Shown: positions 1 to 10,945, counted from the stretch's first letter. The stretch: 64,000 nt of DNA from an uncultured Lachnospiraceae bacterium (GCA_910585005.1 CAJUCN010000007.1:37289-101288), one strand, 5' to 3'. The notes: generated from the sequence alone by a model not told the origin. Translations and numbers: made by a program.

Positions 1-944
1 TGGGTAAAACGAAGATTTTTATTGATGGCAGTGAAGGGACTACCGGACTGCGTATCCATGAGCGGTTCGCAGGAAGGGATGATATAGAATTGCTTACGAT
101 TTCCAGGGAGCTGCGGAAAGAGAAAACTGAGCGGGCGCGTTTCATTAACCAGTCGGATATTACATTCCTGTGCCTGCCGGATGATGCGGCAAAAGAATCG
201 GTAAGCCTGATCGAAAATGACAAGGTGAGGGTGATCGACACTTCAACGGCACACAGAACCTGTGAAGGCTGGGCATATGGTTTCCCGGAGCTTTCCAAGG
301 TACATAGAAAACAGATTAAGGAAGGAAAGCGGGTGGCGGTTCCAGGCTGCCATGCAACAGGATTTATCTCCCTTGTCTATCCGCTGGTATCTTCGGGGAT
401 ACTTCCTGCGGATTATCCCGTATCCGCCTTTTCCCTGACAGGATATTCGGGAGGCGGCAAAAAGATGATCGGGGAATATGAGGGCAGCGGCCGGCTGCCG
501 GAGCTTGATTCCCCCAGGGAATATGCCCTTTCCCAAAAACACAAGCATTTAAAGGAAATGAAGGCGGTCACGGGACTTGATAGGGAACCGCTATTTTCCC
601 CTATCGTTGCGGATTATTACAGTGGGATGGTAGTAACCTTACCTCTTTATATTGAATTTTTGAAAGGCTCGCCTTCCCCGGAAGGGCTTTGCCGGTTCTT
701 TGAGGAGTATTATGAAGGGGAACCGTTTATAAAAGTCATGCCTTTTGGGGCGGAAGGAAAAGGCATGATGGCAGGGAATGCCTGTGCCGGATGGGACGGG
801 CTTAGGATTTTTGTGACGGGGAATGAAGAGCGGGTAACCCTCCATGCCCAGTTTGATAATCTGGGGAAAGGAGCATCCGGGGCGGCGATCCAGTGCCTGA
901 ACCTGATGCTTGGCTGTGAGGAAAGCCGGGGGCTTTCTTTATGA
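1..944 (+). CDS. argC: N-acetyl-gamma-glutamyl-phosphate reductase; 5' end at the window edge
   Basis: The frame is open from nt 3 (GKTKIFIDGSEGTTGLRIHERF...), upstream of the tracked Met at 90. It has a PGCHATGF catalytic-Cys region and heads an argJ-argB-argD cluster. Confidence 0.85.
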   Translation, partial: GKTKIFIDGSEGTTGLRIHERFAGRDDIELLTISRELRKEKTERARFINQSDITFLCLPDDAAKESVSLIENDKVRVIDTSTAHRTCEGWAYGFPELSKVHRKQIKEGKRVAVPGCHATGFISLVYPLVSSGILPADYPVSAFSLTGYSGGGKKMIGEYEGSGRLPELDSPREYALSQKHKHLKEMKAVTGLDREPLFSPIVADYYSGMVVTLPLYIEFLKGSPSPEGLCRFFEEYYEGEPFIKVMPFGAEGKGMMAGNACAGWDGLRIFVTGNEERVTLHAQFDNLGKGASGAAIQCLNLMLGCEESRGLSL

Positions 945-1399
945 TGGACGGGATAACCATACGAAGCATGACCATAGAAGATTACGACGGCGTGTACGCC
1001 CTTTGGATGACGATCAAGGGCTTTGCCATCCGCAGCGTTGACGACGCCAGGGAAGGGGTAGAGCGGTTCCTTTCAAGAAATCCCGGCATCAGCGTGGCTG
1101 CCGTAAAAGACGGGGAGATCGTAGGCAGTATCCTGTGCGGCCATGACGGCAGGCGGGGATGCCTTTACCATGTGTGCGTCCGTGAGGACTGCCGGATGCA
1201 GGGAATCGGAAAAAGCATGGTGGTATATTGTATGGACGCCTTAGAACGGGAACACATCAGCAAGGTTTCCTTAATTGCCTTTACGAAAAACGATATTGGG
1301 AATGCATTTTGGAAAGGGATAGGCTGGACAAAGCGGGAAGACTTGAATTATTATGATTTTGTGTTGAACAGGGAAAATATTGTAAACTACAACCAGTAG
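941..1399 (+). CDS. GNAT-family N-acetyltransferase embedded in the arg cluster
   Basis: 152 aa with a GNAT-style acetyl-CoA loop (RMQGIGKSM). Its ATGA start overlaps the argC stop. Confidence 0.8.
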   Translation: MMDGITIRSMTIEDYDGVYALWMTIKGFAIRSVDDAREGVERFLSRNPGISVAAVKDGEIVGSILCGHDGRRGCLYHVCVREDCRMQGIGKSMVVYCMDALEREHISKVSLIAFTKNDIGNAFWKGIGWTKREDLNYYDFVLNRENIVNYNQ

Positions 1400-1468
1400 C
1401 CGCTCTTTGCAGACCGTGTTGGTGACAATGCGACAGGATGGAATGGGCAGGAAAGGAAAAGGCAGGAT

Positions 1469-2692
1469 ATGAAGAGGATAACAGGCGGCGTAACAGCAGC
1501 AAAAGGTTTTCAGGCAGCAGGCGTAGAGGCGTCTATCAAATATCAAAACAGGAAGGACATGGCAATCATCTACAGCCAAAGCCCCTGTGTTTTGGCAGGG
1601 ACATTTACCAGCAATGTGGTGAAAGCGGCTCCGGTGCTTTGGGATAAAAAGGTGGTGGAGGAATCCCCCTTTGGACAGGCGGTCATCGTCAATGCAGGAA
1701 TTGCCAATGCCTGTACCGGGAAGGAAGGATTTGCGTACTGCAGCCGGACGGCCCAAAAAGCAGCCGAAGTATTGGGCATTCCTAAAGAGGCGGTGCTGGT
1801 GGCTTCCACCGGCGTGATCGGGATGCAGCTTCCCATAGAGAGGATCGAGGCAGGGATTGAAAAACTTGCCGGAGCCAGGGCGGATACACAGGAAGCCGGG
1901 ACTAAAGCAGCGGAAGCGATCATGACCACGGATACCCGTTCCAAACAGGCGGCGGCAGAAATCGAGATTGGCGGCGTGAAGGTACGGATCGGCGGCATGT
2001 GCAAAGGTTCCGGCATGATCCACCCCAATATGTGCACCATGCTCGCCTTTGTCACAACGGATGCGGTAATCTCCAAGGAACTTTTGACAAAAGCGGTAAA
2101 GGCGGATGTCAAGGACACCTATAATATGATCTCCGTGGACGGGGACACTTCCACCAATGACACCCTTTTAGTGCTGGCAAACGGCATGGCGGGAAATCCT
2201 GAGATTCAGGAGGGCACACCGGAGTTTGAAGCATTTTGCGAAGCCCTTCATGATGTCAATGAGAGCCTTGCCAAGATGATGGCGGGTGACGGGGAAGGAG
2301 CAACGGCGCTGTTTGAGACTAAGGTGGTAGGGGCAACAACCAAAGAGGATGCAAGGATATTAAGTAAATCTGTCATATGCTCCAGCCTGACCAAGGCAGC
2401 GATTTACGGGCATGATGCCAACTGGGGCAGGATTCTGTGCGCTCTTGGCTATTCCGGCGTCAACTTTGACCCGGAAAAGATAGAGCTGTTTTTTGAGGGG
2501 AAGGAAAACCGGATCCAGATTTATAAGGATGGGAAAGCGGCGCCCTATAGTGAGGAGGAAGCCACAAAGATCCTTTCGGAGCCGGAGGTACGGGTTTTGG
2601 TGGATATGAAGATGGGCAGTGAGACGGCGACGGCCTGGGGATGTGACCTTACTTATGACTATGTAAAAATCAACGCGGACTACAGGAGTTAA
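1469..2692 (+). CDS. argJ: Bifunctional ornithine acetyltransferase / N-acetylglutamate synthase
   Basis: 407 aa with the [15 protein letters not shown] self-cleavage/catalytic Thr region and a DGDTSTNDT motif. Sits in arg context. Confidence 0.93.
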   Translation: MKRITGGVTAAKGFQAAGVEASIKYQNRKDMAIIYSQSPCVLAGTFTSNVVKAAPVLWDKKVVEESPFGQAVIVNAGIANACTGKEGFAYCSRTAQKAAEVLGIPKEAVLVASTGVIGMQLPIERIEAGIEKLAGARADTQEAGTKAAEAIMTTDTRSKQAAAEIEIGGVKVRIGGMCKGSGMIHPNMCTMLAFVTTDAVISKELLTKAVKADVKDTYNMISVDGDTSTNDTLLVLANGMAGNPEIQEGTPEFEAFCEALHDVNESLAKMMAGDGEGATALFETKVVGATTKEDARILSKSVICSSLTKAAIYGHDANWGRILCALGYSGVNFDPEKIELFFEGKENRIQIYKDGKAAPYSEEEATKILSEPEVRVLVDMKMGSETATAWGCDLTYDYVKINADYRS

Positions 2693-2702
2693 AGGAGAAG
2701 AT

Positions 2703-3599
2703 ATGGACAAGGACATGCAGGAAGTTTTAAAAAAGGCGGAGGTGCTGATCGAAGCCCTTCCTTATATACAGAAATTTAACCGGAAGATCATTGTGGTTAA
2801 GTACGGCGGCAGCGCCATGAGTAATGAGGAATTAAAAAGAAATGTGATCAAGGATGTGACGCTTCTTAAGCTGGTAGGTTTTAAGCCGATTATCGTCCAC
2901 GGGGGCGGCAAAGAGATCAGCCAATGGGTGGGAAAGGTAGGAAAAGAAGCCCGGTTTGTCAACGGTCTTCGTGTGACCGACGAGGAAACCATGGAGATTG
3001 CCGAGATGGTCCTTTCCAAAGTAAACAAAAGCCTTGTGACCATGGTGCAGGAACTGGGTGTAAAAGCGGTGGGAATCAGCGGCAAAGACGGAGGGCTTCT
3101 TACGGTGGATAAAAAGTATGCGGATGGCCAGGATATCGGCTTTGTGGGAGAAATCAAGAACGTGAATCCCAAGGTGCTTTATGATCTTTTGGAAAGAGAT
3201 TTCCTGCCTATCGTAGCTCCTGTGGGACTGGATGAAGGTTTTGCCACTTATAATATCAATGCGGATGATGCGGCCTGTGCCATTGCCAAGGCAGTAGGGG
3301 CTGACAAGCTGGTATTTCTTACAGATATTGAAGGGCTGTATAAGGATATCAATGATAAAAGCTCTTTTATTTCCCGGATTACGGCGTCGGATGCGGAAGC
3401 GCTGATTGCCGGCGGGTTGATCGGGGGCGGGATGCTGCCAAAGCTGAACAATTGTACCTCCGCCATTGAAAATGGGGTGAACAGGGTCCATATCCTGGAC
3501 GGACGGATCCCTCACTGCCTGCTTCTTGAGATCTTTACTAATTCCGGTGTGGGAACTGCGATCATCGGGGATGAAGATGTACAGGCAATGGAAATGTAA
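2703..3599 (+). CDS. argB: Acetylglutamate kinase
   Basis: 298 aa with amino-acid kinase motifs VVKYGGSAM and IIVHGGG. Sits in arg context. Confidence 0.93.
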   Translation: MDKDMQEVLKKAEVLIEALPYIQKFNRKIIVVKYGGSAMSNEELKRNVIKDVTLLKLVGFKPIIVHGGGKEISQWVGKVGKEARFVNGLRVTDEETMEIAEMVLSKVNKSLVTMVQELGVKAVGISGKDGGLLTVDKKYADGQDIGFVGEIKNVNPKVLYDLLERDFLPIVAPVGLDEGFATYNINADDAACAIAKAVGADKLVFLTDIEGLYKDINDKSSFISRITASDAEALIAGGLIGGGMLPKLNNCTSAIENGVNRVHILDGRIPHCLLLEIFTNSGVGTAIIGDEDVQAMEM

Positions 3600-3628
3600 A
3601 GGATGAAAAAGGAAAGGTTGGGAAAGTG

Positions 3629-4822
3629 ATGCAAAGTATGCAGGAATATATAGAAGAAGCGGAAAAGGCGCTGCTTCATACCTATAACCGTTATCAGATC
3701 GTGCTGGATAAAGGCCAGGGCGTGCACCTATACGACCTGGAGGGGAAACAATATCTGGATTTTTGCGCCGGGATAGCGGTGTTTGCGTTAGGGTACCATA
3801 ATGAGAGGTACAACGACGCCTTAAAGGCACAGATCGATAAACTGATCCATACTTCCAATTATTATTACAACGCACCGGCCATTGAGGCGGCAAAAAAGTT
3901 AAAAAAAGTTTCCGGCATGGATCGGGTGTTTTTTACCAACAGCGGTGCGGAAGCGGTGGAAGGCGCCATCAAAGCGGCCAGGAAATATGCGTATTTGAAG
4001 GACGGCAGCTATGACCATGAGATCATAGCCATGGAGCATTCCTTCCACGGAAGGACCTTTGGGGCATTGTCGGTTACCGGAAATCCCAAGTACCGGGAAG
4101 CCTTCCAGCCCATGATCGGGAACATCCGGTTTGCCAGGATGAATGATTTTGACAGTGTATTGGAACAGGTGAGGGACAAAACCTGCGCCATCATATTTGA
4201 GACGGTACAGGGGGAAGGCGGGATATATCCGGCCGAAGAATCCTTTATGAAGCAGGTTAAGGCATTGTGTGAAGAAAAGGATATTCTTTTGATCCTGGAC
4301 GAGATCCAGTGCGGCATGGGGCGGACAGGCGAGATGTTTGCATGGCAGCGTTATGGCGTAAAGCCGGATATCATGACAACGGCCAAAGCCCTTGGATGCG
4401 GCGTGCCGGTAGGGGCGTTTTTGATGACGGAAAAGGTTTCTGAGAGTTCCCTTGTAAGCGGGGACCACGGGACTACTTACGGCGGCAATCCCCTTGCGGC
4501 CACGGCAATAAATATAGTACTTGATTTATTTGAGGAGAACCATATAATAGATAATGTGAAAGAGGTGGGAGATTACCTTGGAAAGAAACTGGACGAGTTA
4601 GCCGGCAGATATGACTGTATCGTGGGCAGACGGGGAGTTGGCCTGATGCAGGGGCTTGTGTTTGACCGGCCGGTGGGCGGTATCATCACAAGGGCATTGT
4701 CCAAGGGATTGATCCTGATCAATGCGGGTACGGATATTATCAGGTTTGTGCCGCCTCTTGTGATCACAAAAGAAGATGTGGATGAGATGGCAGCAATTTT
4801 AGAGAGCTGCTTAGAAGAATAG
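3629..4822 (+). CDS. argD: Acetylornithine aminotransferase (class III PLP)
   Basis: Has LILDEIQCGMGRTG and TTAKALG (PLP Lys) motifs. ATG 3629 is immediately preceded by an in-frame GTG at 3626. Confidence 0.9.
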   Translation: MQSMQEYIEEAEKALLHTYNRYQIVLDKGQGVHLYDLEGKQYLDFCAGIAVFALGYHNERYNDALKAQIDKLIHTSNYYYNAPAIEAAKKLKKVSGMDRVFFTNSGAEAVEGAIKAARKYAYLKDGSYDHEIIAMEHSFHGRTFGALSVTGNPKYREAFQPMIGNIRFARMNDFDSVLEQVRDKTCAIIFETVQGEGGIYPAEESFMKQVKALCEEKDILLILDEIQCGMGRTGEMFAWQRYGVKPDIMTTAKALGCGVPVGAFLMTEKVSESSLVSGDHGTTYGGNPLAATAINIVLDLFEENHIIDNVKEVGDYLGKKLDELAGRYDCIVGRRGVGLMQGLVFDRPVGGIITRALSKGLILINAGTDIIRFVPPLVITKEDVDEMAAILESCLEE

Positions 4823-4835
4823 AAATGGAGAAAAT

Positions 4836-6371
4836 ATGAGTCTGAAAAAAAGACTGGCGGCTGTGGGTGTTATTGCCGTGGCCGCAGCCCTTACCTTTGG
4901 CATTGCCAAATCAGGGAAACAGATTTCGGAGAAGCAGGAGAATACGGTTTTTACCAATGAAAAGGAAACCCTTTACCTGTGGTATACGGATGAGGCCCTT
5001 ACTTCCTATTTAAGCGGCGCTGCAGTTGCTTATAATGAGACTCATGATGTGCGGATCGTTCCGGTGTTAGAGTCAGGACTTGAATACTTGGAAAGCATTA
5101 ATCAGGCTTCGCTGGAAACCAATGTGCCGGATCTGTATATCCTGGGTCACGACCTGCTGGAAAAGGCTTATCTTGCAGGGCTGGCGTCAGAAGTTGAGCC
5201 TACGGACACGAAGCCGATGGATCAGTTATATATCGGGACAGGTATCCAGGCGGTAACCTATAAGGAGAAGCAGATTGGCTATCCCTTCTACTACGAGACA
5301 AGCGCCCTGCTGTATAACAGGACTTATTTGGAACAGATGGCCGTAAGCCAGCTTGAAGCACAAGCCGTGCAGGAAGCGGAGGAAAACGGGGAGCTTACAC
5401 AAGAAAAGATCCAGGAATCAGAAGAAAAGGGGGAAACCGCTGAAGAGAGAGATGGGGCGTCCGCATTTACGCCGGAGCAGATCAGGGAAAAGGTGATAGA
5501 GATTCTTCCTTCGACGGTGGAAAACATTAAATGGTTTGCAGACAGTTACGATGCGCCAGAGCAGGTGGAAGGCGTATTTAAGTGGGATGTAACGGACATT
5601 TTTTATAACTACTTTTTTGTAGGGAATGCAATCGATATGGGAGGAGAAGCCGGATGGGACACTTCCCGGATCAATATCTATAACCAGGATGCCATTAAAA
5701 GTATGCGGGTGTATCAGGAACTGAACCAGTTCTTTTCCATTGATACCAGCGTTAGCAGCTATGAAGCGATTTTAGACGAGTTCATGGCGGGAAAAATGGT
5801 ATTTACGATGGCCACCTCCGATGCGGTGGCGAAACTGGAACAGGCAAAGGCGGAAGGGAATTTCCCATATGATTACGGTATCACGTTAGCTCCCGATATC
5901 AATGACGAAATGCAGACAAGATCTTTGTCTATGACGGGTTGTGTAGTCATAAATGGTTATTCCCAAAACAGGGAGGCGGCAAATGACTTTGCCCTCTATC
6001 TGACGACCCAGTACAATGATATTCTTTATGCCCGGACAGGCAAGGTATCAGCGGCCAAAAATGTGGTCTATGAGTATGAGGCGTTGACAGGGTTTACGGA
6101 TCAGTATGAACGTTCTGTCTCTATGCCTAAGATGCTGGAGACAAGCAATTTCTGGGTGCGGCTTGAGGCGGCGTTTTCAGAGATCTGGAACGGCGCGGAT
6201 GCCAATGAGGAACTTCGGCTTCTCTCTGAACAGATTATGCATCAGATAACGGGCCAGGAGTATGAGGAACCGCGTATCGAAGAAGAGATCCCGGATCAGG
6301 AAGAAGAGTATTTGGATGAAGATTATGATATGGATGAGGAGTTAGAAGATTCCGGGCAGGAAGAAGATTGA
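4836..6371 (+). CDS. Membrane-anchored extracellular solute-binding-like protein with an acidic C-terminal tail
   Basis: Has an N-terminal hydrophobic anchor, MalE-like family-1 SBP character, and a very acidic C-terminus (EEEYLDEDYDMDEELEDSGQEED). No ABC permease is adjacent. Confidence 0.6.
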   Translation: MSLKKRLAAVGVIAVAAALTFGIAKSGKQISEKQENTVFTNEKETLYLWYTDEALTSYLSGAAVAYNETHDVRIVPVLESGLEYLESINQASLETNVPDLYILGHDLLEKAYLAGLASEVEPTDTKPMDQLYIGTGIQAVTYKEKQIGYPFYYETSALLYNRTYLEQMAVSQLEAQAVQEAEENGELTQEKIQESEEKGETAEERDGASAFTPEQIREKVIEILPSTVENIKWFADSYDAPEQVEGVFKWDVTDIFYNYFFVGNAIDMGGEAGWDTSRINIYNQDAIKSMRVYQELNQFFSIDTSVSSYEAILDEFMAGKMVFTMATSDAVAKLEQAKAEGNFPYDYGITLAPDINDEMQTRSLSMTGCVVINGYSQNREAANDFALYLTTQYNDILYARTGKVSAAKNVVYEYEALTGFTDQYERSVSMPKMLETSNFWVRLEAAFSEIWNGADANEELRLLSEQIMHQITGQEYEEPRIEEEIPDQEEEYLDEDYDMDEELEDSGQEED

Positions 6372-6429
6372 ATGAATAATTTTCCAATCACAGGGGAAAG
6401 CTGAATGAAAGAAGGAAGGAGGCTCCCCT

Positions 6430-6861
6430 ATGATTGGATTTTTTATTGCATTGATTTCCGGTGCGTTAATGAGCGTCCAGGGCGTGTTTAATACCCAGGT
6501 GACAAAATCCTCTACCATCTGGGTCGCAAATGCGTTTGTACAGTTTACAGCGCTTGCCGTGTGTCTGGCGGCCTGGCTTTTTACGGACCGTTCCTCTTTT
6601 GGCGCAGTATTTAAAGTGGAACCCAAGTATATGCTCCTTGGCGGGGCGATTGGGGCATTCATCACTTATACGGTAATCCGCAGCATGGAAATGCTGGGAC
6701 CTGCAAGGGCGGTAATGCTGATCGTGGTTGCCCAGTTACTGGTTGCCTATGTGATTGAACTGTTGGGATGGTTTGGAGTGGAAAAGCAGCCCCTGGAATG
6801 GCGGAAGGTGATTGGGATGGCGGTTGCGATTGTGGGGATCGTTGTATTTAAGTGGGAGTGA
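6430..6861 (+). CDS. Small DMT-superfamily membrane protein (YdcZ/DUF606-like)
   Basis: 143 aa with 4-5 hydrophobic helices. A strong RBS (AAGGAAGGAGG) lies upstream. Confidence 0.6.
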   Translation: MIGFFIALISGALMSVQGVFNTQVTKSSTIWVANAFVQFTALAVCLAAWLFTDRSSFGAVFKVEPKYMLLGGAIGAFITYTVIRSMEMLGPARAVMLIVVAQLLVAYVIELLGWFGVEKQPLEWRKVIGMAVAIVGIVVFKWE

Positions 6862-6891
6862 TGTAATTTTGCCCGTTGGAAGTAATGTCTG

Positions 6892-6955
6892 GCAAACGGA
6901 TCTGACGATATGAGACGAAAAGGGTCGCATGTCGTTAGATCCGTTTGCTTTTTTG
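6892..6955 (+). terminator. Intrinsic terminator after the DMT gene
   Basis: Long stem GCAAACGGATCTGACG / CGTTAGATCCGTTTGC followed by TTTTTT. Confidence 0.75.
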
Positions 6956-7030
6956 TTCCGGAGGTAATCCCAAAACAAAATCAAGACGGCAAAATGCCGT
7001 TGCACGGAAAAATTTTTCTTTGGTTTATGC

Positions 7031-7059
7031 TTGTCAATCCTTCAAAAGTCCGATACAAT
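7031..7059 (+). promoter_or_regulatory. Sigma-A type promoter for comEA
   Basis: TTGTCA, 17-bp spacer, TACAAT. Lies about 50 nt upstream of the comEA RBS. Confidence 0.5.
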
Positions 7060-7109
7060 AAATTATAGTCGTTGTAAGGGGCTTTCCGGTTCACGGAAAG
7101 GAGATAACG

Positions 7110-7757
7110 ATGAAAAAATATCTTAAGCCGGCAGCCGGCTTTCTAGTGATTTCTTTCTGCATTTTCATGGGATGTGAAAGAAAGGAAGAAAAAAGTCAAA
7201 TGTTGGAACCGATTCAGTTTTCGGATCCGGAAGGACAGGAAGCAGAAGAGGAACCCTGTTCTGATGCGGTCAAAATGCTGGAGGAAGGACAAGCAGGTAC
7301 TGGGGACGCTTCTAAGGAGGAATTGTGCGTGGTGCATGTCTGTGGCGCTGTGCAAAATCCAGGGGTCTATACGCTTAAGGCCGGAAGCCGGATTTATCAG
7401 GCAATTGAAAAAGCAGGGGGATTTGGCGTAGAGGCAGGAGAAGATTATTTGAATCAGGCGGATCTGGTCAGCGATGGCATGAAGGTTTATGTGCCCACGA
7501 AGGAGGAAATACAACAGGCCAATTGGCAACAAATTACAGATCAGCCGTTTCTGGAAGAGGAAAATGGGCTGGTCAATATCAATACGGCCAATGAGGAACT
7601 TTTATGCACGCTTTCTGGAGTAGGAAGCAGCAGGGCGAAAAGTATCATTGCATACCGCGAGAAACACGGCGCATATCAAAAGATTGAAGATATCATGAAC
7701 GTTGAGGGGATAAAGGAAGGGCTGTTTCAAAAGATCAGGGACAGCATTACGGTATAA
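7110..7757 (+). CDS. comEA: Competence protein ComEA (SLBB + helix-hairpin-helix DNA receptor)
   Basis: Has a signal anchor, an SLBB-like segment (VHVCGAVQNPGVYTL) and a C-terminal HhH pair (VNINTANEELLCTLSGVGSSRAKSIIAYR). Confidence 0.85.
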   Translation: MKKYLKPAAGFLVISFCIFMGCERKEEKSQMLEPIQFSDPEGQEAEEEPCSDAVKMLEEGQAGTGDASKEELCVVHVCGAVQNPGVYTLKAGSRIYQAIEKAGGFGVEAGEDYLNQADLVSDGMKVYVPTKEEIQQANWQQITDQPFLEEENGLVNINTANEELLCTLSGVGSSRAKSIIAYREKHGAYQKIEDIMNVEGIKEGLFQKIRDSITV

Positions 7758-7805
7758 TGTATGTAATTGTTAATGCAGCAGCGATAGGAAAGGCGTGAAT
7801 ATCAG

Positions 7806-8486
7806 ATGGCAAAAAAAGTGCTTGTAGTGGATGACGAGAAATTGATCGTAAAGGGGCTCCGCTATAGTTTGGAGCAGGATGGAATGGAAGTGGACTGTGC
7901 CTATGATGGAGAAGAGGCTCTTGAGATGATAAAGGGGAAAGCCTACGACATGATCCTTTTGGATGTGATGCTTCCTAAATTTACCGGGTTTGAGGTCTGT
8001 CAGCAAGTGCGGGAGTTTTCCAATGCCCCGATTGTGATGTTAACTGCAAAAGGGGAAGATATGGATAAGATCCTGGGGCTTGAATATGGCGCGGATGATT
8101 ATATTACGAAACCCTTTAATATTCTGGAGGTAAAAGCGAGGATTAAGGCGATCATCAGAAGGACGGCGCCGAAGCCAAAAGACGCGGCGAAAGTGATTGA
8201 AAGCGGAGACTTAAAGCTTGACTGTGAGGGAAGAAGAGTTTATGTTGCAGGCAGGGAGATCAACCTGACTGCCAAGGAATTTGAGCTGTTAGAGCTTTTG
8301 GTGGTCAATGCGAACAAAGTTTACAGCAGGGAAAATCTGCTAAAGCTGGTATGGGGGAACGATTATCCCGGAGATGTGCGTACTGTGGATGTGCATATTA
8401 GAAGGCTCCGGGAAAAAATTGAGTCCACGCCTTCGGAGCCGAAATATGTACACACGAAATGGGGCGTTGGTTATTATTTTGCCTGA
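7806..8486 (+). CDS. OmpR/PhoB-family response regulator
   Basis: Has a REC domain (VVDDE...LLDVMLP) and a winged-helix C-terminus (TVDVHIRRLREKIE). Confidence 0.9.
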   Translation: MAKKVLVVDDEKLIVKGLRYSLEQDGMEVDCAYDGEEALEMIKGKAYDMILLDVMLPKFTGFEVCQQVREFSNAPIVMLTAKGEDMDKILGLEYGADDYITKPFNILEVKARIKAIIRRTAPKPKDAAKVIESGDLKLDCEGRRVYVAGREINLTAKEFELLELLVVNANKVYSRENLLKLVWGNDYPGDVRTVDVHIRRLREKIESTPSEPKYVHTKWGVGYYFA

Positions 8487-8503
8487 ATATAGTATGAAAG
8501 GCT

Positions 8504-9994
8504 GTGCCGGTTATGGCTGAAAAACTATTTCATTTTTTAAAAAATCTGAAGATCGGGCGGAGTTTAAAGGTCCGCCTCTTCGTCATTATTTTTCTTATGG
8601 GTATTATTCCCAGTATCATTATCAGGGCAGTGATCCTGGAAAATTATGAAGACCGGGCTGTGGAGGTGCGGATCTCCGATGTGCAGACCCAGCTTAGGAT
8701 CATTGCAAACCACCTGATCATATATAATTACCTTCAGGACAACTCATCAGAGGTTATCGGTGCGGAGCTGGAACAATTATCCAACTTTTACAGTGGCCGT
8801 ATGCTGATTATTAACGGGAATTTAAGGGTAGTGCGGGACACCTATGGGATTAGTGAGGGCAAGACGATCATTTCGGAAGAAGTGATCCAATGTATGAAAG
8901 GGGTCAGTACAGCCCATTATGATGCGGTGAATGGGTTTATTGAGATCACCATACCGATTATCGAGACCGTTTCTGCCCAAATGGCAACGGAAGAGCTGCC
9001 GGAGGGTACGGAGATTGTGCGGGGCGTTATGCTTACCAGCGTCTCCACCGATAGCATTGCAATGACTTTGGAGATCTTAAACAGGAAAGCGCTGATCATA
9101 GAGTGCATTATGATTTTTTGTATTTTAGCGATTGCCCTTTTTCTTGCCCAGATCTTGATCCGTCCTTTTGACAGGGTATCCAGATCAATCAGTGAGATCA
9201 AAGAAGGCTATACGGAGGATCCCATTTCTGTTCCTGATTACCTGGAGACGGAACATATTGTGGATGCATTTAACAGCGTGCTGCAGCGGATGAAGGTACT
9301 GGATGATTCCAGGCAGGAATTTGTGGCCAACGTATCCCATGAGCTGAAAACGCCCATTACTTCTGTCAAGGTATTGGCGGAATCGCTGCTGGTGCAGCAG
9401 GACGCGCCGGCAGACCTTTACCGGGAATTCATGAAAGACATTTCGGAGGAGATCGAGCGGGAGGACAAGATTATTAACGATTTGCTGGCATTGGTCAAGC
9501 TGGACAGGTCAGTGGCGCAGCTTAAGATCAGTGTAGTGAACATTAACGGGCTTGCGGAGATTATCTTAAAGCGGCTCCGGCCCATTGCAAGAAAGAACAA
9601 CGTGGAAGTGGTACTGATCAGCAAGCGTGAGGTGTCCGCGGAAGTAGACGAGGTGAAAATGTCCCTGATCCTCACCAATCTTGTAGAAAATGCCATCAAA
9701 TATAACAGGGAGCAGGGAACAGTGGAGGTAACCTTAGATGCCGACCATCAGTTTTTTACCGTTCAGGTGGCGGATACGGGGATCGGGATACCGGAGGATT
9801 GTATGGCACAGATTTATGAGCGTTTTTACCGGGTGGACAAGTCCCATTCCAGGGAGATCGGAGGAACAGGGTTAGGGCTTGCGATTACCAAAAATGCTGT
9901 GTTGCTGCATAGAGGATCCATTAAGGTGGAGAGCAGGGAAGGAGAGGGAACGGCTTTTACCGTCAAGATTCCACTGACACGGGCGCTGAAATAG
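8504..9994 (+). CDS. Sensor histidine kinase (2 TM, extracytoplasmic loop, HAMP, HisKA, HATPase)
   Basis: Has an H-box FVANVSHELKTPIT and N/G boxes (NAIKYN, DTGIGIP, GGTGLGLAI). The start is either GTG 8504 or ATG 8513. Confidence 0.9.
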   Translation: MPVMAEKLFHFLKNLKIGRSLKVRLFVIIFLMGIIPSIIIRAVILENYEDRAVEVRISDVQTQLRIIANHLIIYNYLQDNSSEVIGAELEQLSNFYSGRMLIINGNLRVVRDTYGISEGKTIISEEVIQCMKGVSTAHYDAVNGFIEITIPIIETVSAQMATEELPEGTEIVRGVMLTSVSTDSIAMTLEILNRKALIIECIMIFCILAIALFLAQILIRPFDRVSRSISEIKEGYTEDPISVPDYLETEHIVDAFNSVLQRMKVLDDSRQEFVANVSHELKTPITSVKVLAESLLVQQDAPADLYREFMKDISEEIEREDKIINDLLALVKLDRSVAQLKISVVNINGLAEIILKRLRPIARKNNVEVVLISKREVSAEVDEVKMSLILTNLVENAIKYNREQGTVEVTLDADHQFFTVQVADTGIGIPEDCMAQIYERFYRVDKSHSREIGGTGLGLAITKNAVLLHRGSIKVESREGEGTAFTVKIPLTRALK

Positions 9995-10004
9995 GAGGTA
10001 GCGT

Positions 10005-10931
10005 ATGTTGGCCAGAAAAAAAAGAAAAATTTTGTTTTCTTTGCTGTTATTCCTTTTATTATCTGCCTGCGGGCAGCCAAAGAAGAATAACAGCGGGGTG
10101 GTCTATCAAATATATTATGTTAACCATGACGAAACCGGAGTTATTTTCAATGAGTATGCCACGGAAACGACAAAAAGGGATGAGCTTGTGGAGGAACTTT
10201 TGGAGCAGATGGGGGCGGAGTCAGAGAAACTGGAGTACAAAGCGCCTCTTGCAGGGAATTTCAAGCTGCTTGGGTTTTCTTTTTCTGAGGACCAGCTTAT
10301 CCTTAATTTTGATGAGAATTACCGCGCACAGCCGGTGATCAATGAAATCCTGGTGCGTGCAGCCCTGGTTAGGACACTGACGCAGATCGAAGGGATTAGT
10401 TATGTTTCTTTTCAGGTCAATTCCCAGCCGCTCTTGGATGCTTCGGGGGCGCTGGTGGGGGTCATGAATGCAGAACAGTTTATTGACAACGCGGGAAACG
10501 AGATCAATACTTATGAGAAAGTGAAGCTGATCCTTTACCTGGCGGATGAAGATGGAGATCATTTAAAGCCGATTACACGGACGGTGGTCTATAACAGCAA
10601 TATTTCTATGGAACGTTTGGTGGTGGAACAACTGATTGCCGGCCCGGCAAAAAATGAAGCGGTATTTCCTACGATTAATCCGGCAACAAAGGTGATCAGC
10701 GTCAATGTGCAGGATGGAATATGTTATGTTAACCTTGGCAGTAACTTTTTAACTCAAATTTTTAATGTGACTTCGGATGTCACGATTTATTCTATCACTA
10801 ATTCGTTGGTGGAGCTATCGAATGTAAACAAGGTCCAGATCTCCATTGATGGAAATACGAATGTAAATTATAAAGAAAATACCAGTCTTTCCACAGTTTT
10901 TGAAAGGAATCTTGAGATTGTGGAACAGTAA
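10005..10931 (+). CDS. GerM-like (GerMN repeat) lipoprotein
   Basis: Has a lipobox LLLSAC-G. Two GerMN-like halves are judged by eye only. Confidence 0.6.
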   Translation: MLARKKRKILFSLLLFLLLSACGQPKKNNSGVVYQIYYVNHDETGVIFNEYATETTKRDELVEELLEQMGAESEKLEYKAPLAGNFKLLGFSFSEDQLILNFDENYRAQPVINEILVRAALVRTLTQIEGISYVSFQVNSQPLLDASGALVGVMNAEQFIDNAGNEINTYEKVKLILYLADEDGDHLKPITRTVVYNSNISMERLVVEQLIAGPAKNEAVFPTINPATKVISVNVQDGICYVNLGSNFLTQIFNVTSDVTIYSITNSLVELSNVNKVQISIDGNTNVNYKENTSLSTVFERNLEIVEQ

Positions 10932-10945
10932 GGAAAGGCGGAAGG

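Noticed and set aside
1271-2023. Long antisense ORFs opposite well-supported genes. Examples: 1271-2023, 2832-3893, 16262-16981, 17369-17998, 30524-31324 and 54930-55385.
   Set aside because: They lie entirely inside strongly supported CDSs on the other strand. Their composition is odd (Pro/Arg/Ser/Cys/His-rich) and they have no RBS. These are typical shadow ORFs.
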